From Eukaryota sp. TZLM1-RC (taxonomy: Eukaryota > Protista > Metamonada: BaSk clade): 64,000 nucleotides of DNA. How positions within the stretch are numbered: position 1 is the first letter of the stretch; each line of letters opens with the position of its first letter. A program made the translations under genes and the position numbers. A model generated the notes under the pieces. The model made no database searches, had not been told where the DNA came from, and worked only from the letters and a program-made list of their open reading frames with translations. Positions 56,675 through 64,000 of this stretch are shown here, one piece after another. The stretch spans positions 2,026,550 to 2,090,549 of the forward strand of contig JAUPSS010000004.1 of the NCBI GenBank assembly GCA_040285825.1, in the 5' to 3' direction.

Positions 56675-57260
56675 AATAAACACATTTAAAATTTCTTCCG
56701 GTTTCTTCCTCAATGATAACTCATTGAAAGAAAATACAAAATGCGTTTTATAAAAAAAGCTGTAATGAACTTTAATACTTGACAAAAGAAACATAATTCG
56801 AATGGGACGAAATTGATTAATCCATGATTCCCCCAACAAAAATATGATCTATTTGTTTTCCAACTTAAGCTTATCTGATTGGATTAGACAACAATGATAA
56901 TCTAATGGTGAATTGAATTCGAGATAATAACAAAGCGGTAACTCATTGAAACATTTAAACAATGAAAATGGGAAGGACCAACTGCTGATGAAGACTGTTT
57001 ATTTATAACTCTTAATTTCTTCTCTGTTACAAAAGGCAATTCCTCAATCAATCAAAGTCAGATAACCAATTTGGGTTTTGATAAATGTAACCTGGTGATG
57101 AACAAAATAGTCTCAAATTTAATGAACACAGTCCAAAAATCTCTTTAAGCAATTGTCAGTTGATTATAAACGATATAACTGCATGAAGTGCATGGTGTTG
57201 TGTTTAAAAATGGATTTGGCACATTCAGTTAGATTTTACAGATTCAATTTATTATGGTGG

Positions 57261-60200
57261 CCTCATCAGCCACCCTGACTCTAATCCCCATCATAATCCC
57301 CTTGCCTTAGTTTTTGCTTTCTACTAGTCTAATCACCACTCTTTCTTATCTCATGCCACTGTGCTTTCAGCTATTGTCCAAAAAAACTGTTGTCCACTGA
57401 AATTGTTCAATAAAATGTACTGTGGTTTTCACTTTGGTTGCATTTTGGTGTATTTTTTTCACCAACCGGATCTTGCACCAACGTCTGGTTTCTCCCTACG
57501 ACATCTATGGGCCTTAGTATTCAAGTTTTACTTAATGGTGTAGACAGAAAACACAGAAAATTTAGAACACACAGTTCAGCAGCTTCTCAGCATAATAACG
57601 TGCCAATAATGTTCAAATAAACAACAAAAAGCATCAACTATTTATTTACAAAATAACTTACCTTATTACAGATTGTCTAAATGAACAGAGATATCTTCAA
57701 CAGTATTGAAAAGGGCTTCCAGCTCTCATTCGTTTAACTCAATGTTAACATTTTTTTCGAGATGTCACTAAAAAGCTTCAAAGCAAATAAAACGCTAGGG
57801 ACATAAGTGTTTTTGTTTGATGAATGACTAACAGTTTTGTTCAACTTCCAATCAGAGCTTTCAAGGAAAGTTTTCCTGGTATTATTACCGGATGAGCGAG
57901 GAGCATGAGGTGTGTACATGGACTGTACTGGTTGAGGCGTCGGTGGTAGAGCAGCATAAGTTGCAGTTTGTGGAGGGCCAGTATTGGGGCATGAACTGAG
58001 GGAGTAATAGAATGAGGTTGAAAGATTACAGGGGAGTCCTAAAGCTCGAAAAAAGAAGGTAAGTGAGGAAAATAAGAACCTAGTTTATGAAGTGAGGGGA
58101 AAGTGTGGGAATAGTGAAAACCTTCCCAAAACCAAGTTGAGGGTTAAAAACCTCCCAGAACAGGCAACAAAAATTCGACAATGAGGTGATAAGTGTAAAA
58201 TTTGATAGATGAGCTCTTTATTCTCACTACATGTCAGACACCCAATCTGTGTCACGTGTATTCACTCGGTCTTGTGCACTTAACTCGCTACTGACCCCTG
58301 CAGCGGTGCAACAATTTCGGACTGACCTTCCTTTGGTTACCGATATTTGTCATAAAGCTTCTTTATTGCTTCAATCTTTTCGTCTGAATTTTCCGTTGGC
58401 ATCTAGAGCTTTAGTGAAACAGGATGTATGGTATCTTTTTATGACCGTCATCACCACTGGTTCTTTTCCAACTCCATCCAACTCTAAAGGCCAACGCCTA
58501 TTACTCTATATCTTTTACAGTGGATTTCTTCCTGAATGCCCACAAGACAGATCTCTTGTTTCTTCATGCGAAAATTCTTTCGTGCCTTATAGAAATTCTT
58601 TCAATCTTTTTCTCAATGCTTGGCTGCAGTCTCAGAATAGTAATTTTACCATAGAAAAGGGCTTTCCCCTTACTGTGCTTGTCGTGCTCGTCAATTGGCG
58701 TCCAACGTGAAGACAATTTTACCCAAAATTTGTCAATCCTGGACAAAAAACTTTATTCGTGCTCATTGTTGAGCTCTAGATAAAACAAATGTCTGTGCCA
58801 ATTATATTCTCTCTCTTTTGCCTGATGAACCATTAGCCCAACCCGAGGAAGTAGTTGTTGATTCTTTTCTTGAACACTACAGCAATTTCAATCTGAATAA
58901 TTCAAGAGAAAGATTCTTTTTATTAAAAGCATGTAAGTTTATCTTGAATCTGCTTTAAACATTTCCTACCACGGCTTCCCTACTGTCTTCACATGATAAA
59001 ATCACCTTTTCATCAAAGGAAATTGGTGAGCTTTTTCTCTTTAATCTAAAATTTCACAATTTTTACTCAGTTTCTTTTCTCATATGCATTGCTGGAAGAA
59101 ATTTAAAATAATACATTTAGATTCTTATAGAGGTTCTTAAATTCCAGAGGTTCCTTCACATGTTTTCCAATTTGTGAAAAATTTCCACTTATTGAAGCAT
59201 CATCTTCCAAAACAAAGTTTATCCAAAATACATGTCTGAAACGAATATTCAAACAATGTCCTTACGAAAAACTCAATATCAACAGAAAAAGTTTGAAAAA
59301 TAGATTTAAAAATTTTTTATTGAAAGCTAATGGTAATGAACTGCTTTTGACCTTTGAAGGTTAAAAAAATGACTCAGAGAACACAGAGGAGCTGGATGAA
59401 CCACCGAAAAAGAAAAGAAGATCAAAAAGTGAAATGAAAAGTGACCCTAATGGCAACAAAACCAGAGAGACACATTTGAAGGGCACTAAAAAATGCCCCG
59501 TCGGAGACGTAGACATCCAGTCGAAATTTTACCTGAAAGGTCCCTTATTGGCGTTGATCTGGGCCCATCTAGATTATGTGGTTACTTGTTAAATGATTAT
59601 CAGTGTGGACTTATCCCTTGTTCAACTGGCAGGAGATACATGACAAAACCTTCACCCAGTAAACACTCTCCCAACCAATATTCCGTTCAAAATTTCAATT
59701 AATATTTGAACCATGGGAATTTGTTCAGGAGGAAACTGTATTTGGAATGTGATCGACAAAAATGGAAAATAACTAAATTTGATAACCGCAGACGAAAAGA
59801 GAGATGGTTCAGAGAGAGTCTCGCTGTGTTATCAAAAGGACGTGAAGCACTTGTCAACCAGTGAATTTAATACAAGCAAACTGTCAAGTTGTTGCATGGC
59901 CGAGAATATTCAAGCAGGCTCATGGCACATGCGTATTTGTACTGAGTGTCAAATAGTATATGACAGAGATATTTCCGCTGCAAAAGATATTCAAATTAAG
60001 AAGAAAGCGGAATTGTGGCCGGAAAGATACATTTGCCCAGAAGCTCTGTTAAGGAGATGAATAGGGAACCTGAGCATACAGAAACAAAAACTTTGGAAAA
60101 ACTTTTATTTTTTTATTTTGTAGTTTTTTTTTGATTTTTTTGAAAAACTTTTGAGACTGATCTAAAATTACCTTAGTAGCATTTGGTAGATCCACTTAGA

Positions 60201-60384
60201 TACATCAAGTCGCGAGGCTTTGTTCTGTGAAAGCAGTAGGTGTATTTAAGTGAGGTAGCCCATTGATGAAGATCATGATTGTCTTTGTCAAATGACACTA
60301 CATGTCTCTTACAGCCTGTGAGTAGACATTGAGAAAGTTGAAAACAGGAGTGAATTTCACAGGGGAATACTGACAATTCACAGT
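57261..60384 (+). mobile_element. Fanzor family C element, copy 3 (Fanzor pseudogene 58231-60060)
   Basis: Duplicate of copy 2. Confidence 0.85.
60171..60368 (+). ncRNA. Candidate omegaRNA, family C copy 3
   Basis: Appears identical to 51591-51788. Confidence 0.7.
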
Positions 60385-60464
60385 TACATTTCCCAAAAAT
60401 TCAGTCCCTCTACATTGGTGTAAAAAGGACACTTACTTCATTGTTATAGATAACATTGTCAAGA

Positions 60465-61427
60465 ATGGTTCCCCGGAGTGCAGACGAGCAGATTAACTTA
60501 TATGTTGCTCGTCAAGCTGCTATGAAAGAGCGAGCACGTCAAATTAGAGAACAGAGAGCTGCACAAAAACCCAATCCAAAGGTTGTCGATGATCTCCCTA
60601 AAGTACAAAGAAAACTTGAAGAAAAGTGGGATGGAAAGCTTCCTGGTTGGCCCTCAGAAGGTCCTCCTTCCTCACATGATCTCAACAAATCTTACTATTA
60701 TTCACCCCCCTCGAAGACGCCTAAAACTATCACAAAGTCTACACTCTCATCATCTCTTCGCTTGTTGAAATCACTTCAATCTACCCGAAATTCTCCCACC
60801 TCCTCCCACACTATTAGCTCCAAGCGTGGTTCTGCAAGACAATCTCTTCGTTTTGATTCGTCTTCTCAAAATTCCCAACCTTCGAAGCAACCCAAAGCTT
60901 GCCTTCCGACTCAACCTCCAATCCCCTCTCCTTCTCCCCCTGTTGTCATGGAGACATCTCTGAAACAATCTACTCCTCAGCAACCCGTGCCCCCAGAAGA
61001 TGACGTGCCTCTTGAACCTCTTGTTCAATGTCCCGTTTGTCAGCGTAAGTTCGCCCAATCCAGGATCCAAAAGCACAAGAATGTTTGTAAAAAGCAAGCT
61101 TCTAAAGCTCCTCGCAAGGCTTTTGATCCCACGAAACAACGATTACCAGAAGAAGCTCTTGAGGTTGCCCCTTCTTCTTCTAAACCCACCAAAAGGAAAC
61201 CCAACAAACCTTCATGGAGGGAGCAACGTGCTCAACTTCAAGCAGCCATTAGGTCAGCAAAACAGGGTGGAGAGGCACCACCAGTTATTCAAGATCATCG
61301 TGTTGGATGTAGATATTGTGGACGCAAGTTTAATGAAGACAGAATAGAGAAACATGAACAGGTTTGTGGTCGTTCTGCCAAGAGAATGTCTAATAGAGGT
61401 AGTCGTGGAAGAGGTAGAAAGAGGTAA
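60465..61427 (+). CDS. C2HC zinc-finger protein (ZC2HC1/FAM164-like)
   Basis: Two CxxCxRKFxxxRIxKHxxxC fingers, RKAFD...QR and WREQ..QL..AIR motifs. Confidence 0.85.
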   Translation: MVPRSADEQINLYVARQAAMKERARQIREQRAAQKPNPKVVDDLPKVQRKLEEKWDGKLPGWPSEGPPSSHDLNKSYYYSPPSKTPKTITKSTLSSSLRLLKSLQSTRNSPTSSHTISSKRGSARQSLRFDSSSQNSQPSKQPKACLPTQPPIPSPSPPVVMETSLKQSTPQQPVPPEDDVPLEPLVQCPVCQRKFAQSRIQKHKNVCKKQASKAPRKAFDPTKQRLPEEALEVAPSSSKPTKRKPNKPSWREQRAQLQAAIRSAKQGGEAPPVIQDHRVGCRYCGRKFNEDRIEKHEQVCGRSAKRMSNRGSRGRGRKR

Positions 61428-61560
61428 ATAAATAAATGTAATTTAAACTGATTTTATTGGACAAATTGATAATATAAAAATTGTATATACAATGGAGATT
61501 GATGTGACAAATCTCACAAAATAATGATAAATGGTTGACTAAAAAATTCTAAAAAATTCT

Positions 61561-61833
61561 TTATGATTGCTGGGGAGAAGAGTGGGAAGGTGCATTTGGT
61601 AGTGTTGCTGGTGTGGAAACGGGGGGCTTGTTTGGGTTGGCAACGGGAACACCAAGGAGAGGGGCATGAGATATATTGAGAGAAGATGCAAGAGAAGCTG
61701 CAGACTGAGCCTGAATGGCCCAATAGTTACGAACGTTTCCCTTGTGTTTCCAGCCTTCATTGTGATCCTTACGGACAGAGGGTGAATCAAAGGCAAGATA
61801 GACATCACAATACTCACAATAATATCGAGGCAT
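61561..61833 (-). CDS. SNRPC: U1 snRNP protein C
   Basis: [32 protein letters not shown], then a Pro-rich tail. Confidence 0.95.
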   Translation of the reverse strand: MPRYYCEYCDVYLAFDSPSVRKDHNEGWKHKGNVRNYWAIQAQSAASLASSLNISHAPLLGVPVANPNKPPVSTPATLPNAPSHSSPQQS

Positions 61834-62249
61834 TGGATAATAGAAGTGTTGTCAAATACTGGTTGTGGAGAAGAATCTGAAATTAATGATCTGAATTTTA
61901 ATCATTATAAAACCTAACATTACAAAATAGATTACAAAGATTCCCTCTACAAACTCCTGATCTGCTTGGTGTGTAGCTAGAGCTTTTCTGATTTGATGAA
62001 AAAACAATGGTAAACCTATTGATGATCAAAATAGTTATGAAAAAATATCACATTCCTTCACCACTTGTTCATGGACCGTTGTTTAGGAAATCATTTAAAC
62101 AAATTCGTGCTCTCACTCATAGTTTTCCGTTTTATAGAATTGGATAGTAGTAAAGGCAAGTTTTATATTTCTATCACCATTATCTATTCAAGTTTCGTTT
62201 TTTTATTTTTTACTTTTTACTTTTGCTTTGAATTCAATTACATCTGCAG

Positions 62250-64000
62250 GATTTAATTTCCTTCTTTGAACCAAATTGTCATTTGCAACATCAGATGGTA
62301 GGTACAAAGGCAACAGTAACTTGAGAGAGATCAATTCAATCGCAGTATATATCATCTCCGACATCAGAACCAAGTATCTTTGACATACATAATTCTTGCT
62401 ATCATTGCCTTAGTGAAATTTTGTCACTAACGACATCATGTAAGTAAGAACTATAGATTGTGATTTAAAACTATTGAAATTATAATGTATGGTGGGTTGT
62501 CATGAATTCGAATAAATACAGTTTTCCTTTGATAGAAAGTGCTCAATTGAAATACTTGAATATAATCTGATTTCTTTCACAAAAGTTTCATTTTTTCCAC
62601 ATAAAAAACATTCCTCAATTAATAATTCTTCACTTGTCAGTTGAAAAAAGAGTTTTAAACTTAAAACTGTCCGTAAAACTTTGCATAACAGCTAAAGCAG
62701 ATTTATAAATATGTGAAATGGCCCTTTGAAATTTGATTTTGATAACCAACTTGTTTGAAAGCAGTGGCGCAGAAATTGAAATTGTTTCAATTACTGTTTC
62801 TTCTTGTATCATTTTGCATTGGTATTTTTGTAAGTACTTGAAATTCGTTAGTTTAATCTAAAAAAACAACAAGAAGTGACTGGAATTGTCAAATCTACAG
62901 AAAAAAACTCACGACTCTCTAAAGTCAATGAATTCCAAACTTCTAGTTCTGATAGCAGCAGAGTGTGCACTGCTGTCTTGCCTAGCACCATTCAGTGGCC
63001 TTTCGTCTACTTCCATCTCAACAGTACTCTTTTTCTTCGGTTTCCTTGTTACACTCCTACTCCTCACTACTCCCGTGTCCCAAACCCTAGGAGTCATTAA
63101 TTCATTCTTATCAACAGTTCGTGAAAATAAGTTTTCCCTCTATCTTCTCATAAAACCCCATCTCCTCAATTCAACCCTGCTACTTTCCTCTGTTTTCCTC
63201 TTTATTTATGCCTCCTCTCTGATCTTCACCACTTCTTTACCCTCTCTCCTTGTTCCCACCATCTGTCTTCTTCTCAAGTCTATCTCTTACTCCATCTCGG
63301 GACGCTCTCTTGGGTGGACTGGATCTATTTTCAGCAGGAGGAGGGCACTGAGTATAACATTGGTGTCTTTAATGGTTTTGCCTCTTTTGTTTAATACTCA
63401 TTTCTTTAAATCTGTTTTTGGTTTTATTATTTTGGGAGTCTCAATGTTTTTCTTTTCATTTATTCAATCAAAATCAACTAAAAAGTCAACCAAAGTCAAC
63501 ATTTTGACCTTTTCATTCATTTCTTTCTGTTTTTCAATTGTTTTAACTCTTCTACAAACTGTCTTTTCATTTGTTTTTTTCATTAATTCTGTTTCGTTGC
63601 CATCTTTACCTGAAATTGTTGTTTTATTGGCTTTGGGTTCAATATTTTCTGTGACGTTTTGGTACATTTCCAAGAATTCAAGTAATATTATCGAAGAATT
63701 AAGATTTATTTTCATTCTACTGGTTCTTATTTTTTCTTTTTTTACTTTATTTCAGATTATTTTGACTACTGATCTGCTCATTGTCCAAATTTTGAGACTT
63801 ATCTCTACAGTGATCTTTTCTCTAGTATTTGTGTTTATTGTTCACACTTCACTAGTGAATGCTGATTCAAATTTAGATTTTGATTTGAGGTCTACTTTAG
63901 GGTTCAATTTACATGTAGCTTTTTCCAAGACACCAAAACCAATTATTTTGTGCTTTTTGATGAATCTGTTTGCTATTTTTGCAGAAGTTATTAGTTATTC
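62250..64000 (-). pseudogene. Decayed coding sequence, possibly the N-terminal part of a non-LTR retrotransposon
   Basis: Broken K/E/N-rich minus-strand ORFs (63464-63715, 62909-63097, 62630-62812); no diagnostic motif. Confidence 0.25.

Larger units (their letters stand above)
43282..60407. repeat. Tandem segmental duplication; units 43282-51826 and 51827-60407
   Basis: Constant offset of 8544-8582 bp with scattered substitutions; 1-bp microhomology at the junction (51827). Confidence 0.95.

Overview
Eukaryotic, AT-rich, very gene-dense DNA from a flagellated protist. Evidence: DRC2, U1-C, GLE1, 29-30 nt spliceosomal introns, standard genetic code; a metamonad-like host is only a guess. Host genes: a >2000-aa ORF running off the left edge, DRC2/CCDC65, GLE1, RNase H2 subunit C, an NIF/HAD phosphatase, NMD3, CLPTM1, SEL1L/Hrd3, UBP14/USP5, cyclophilin B, ZC2HC1 and U1-C. 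About 60% of the window is nested mobile DNA: (i) two unrelated Ty3/Gypsy LTR retrotransposon families with short LTRs (136 and 151 bp) and 4-bp TSDs; (ii) three distinct families of decayed Fanzor1 (eukaryotic TnpB) genes, two followed by structured 3' RNAs (candidate omegaRNAs); (iii) relics of CRE-like RLE non-LTR retrotransposons; (iv) an ~8.5-kb tandem duplication. Two signals stand out. First, both Gypsy families lack a tRNA PBS abutting the LTR and instead carry a perfect 12-bp palindrome (CA-N8-TG) in the same register but with different sequence, suggesting tRNA-independent priming. Second, Fanzor RNA 3' ends abut host core promoters, so the predicted guides would be promoter DNA; one family also carries a captured COMMD fragment.
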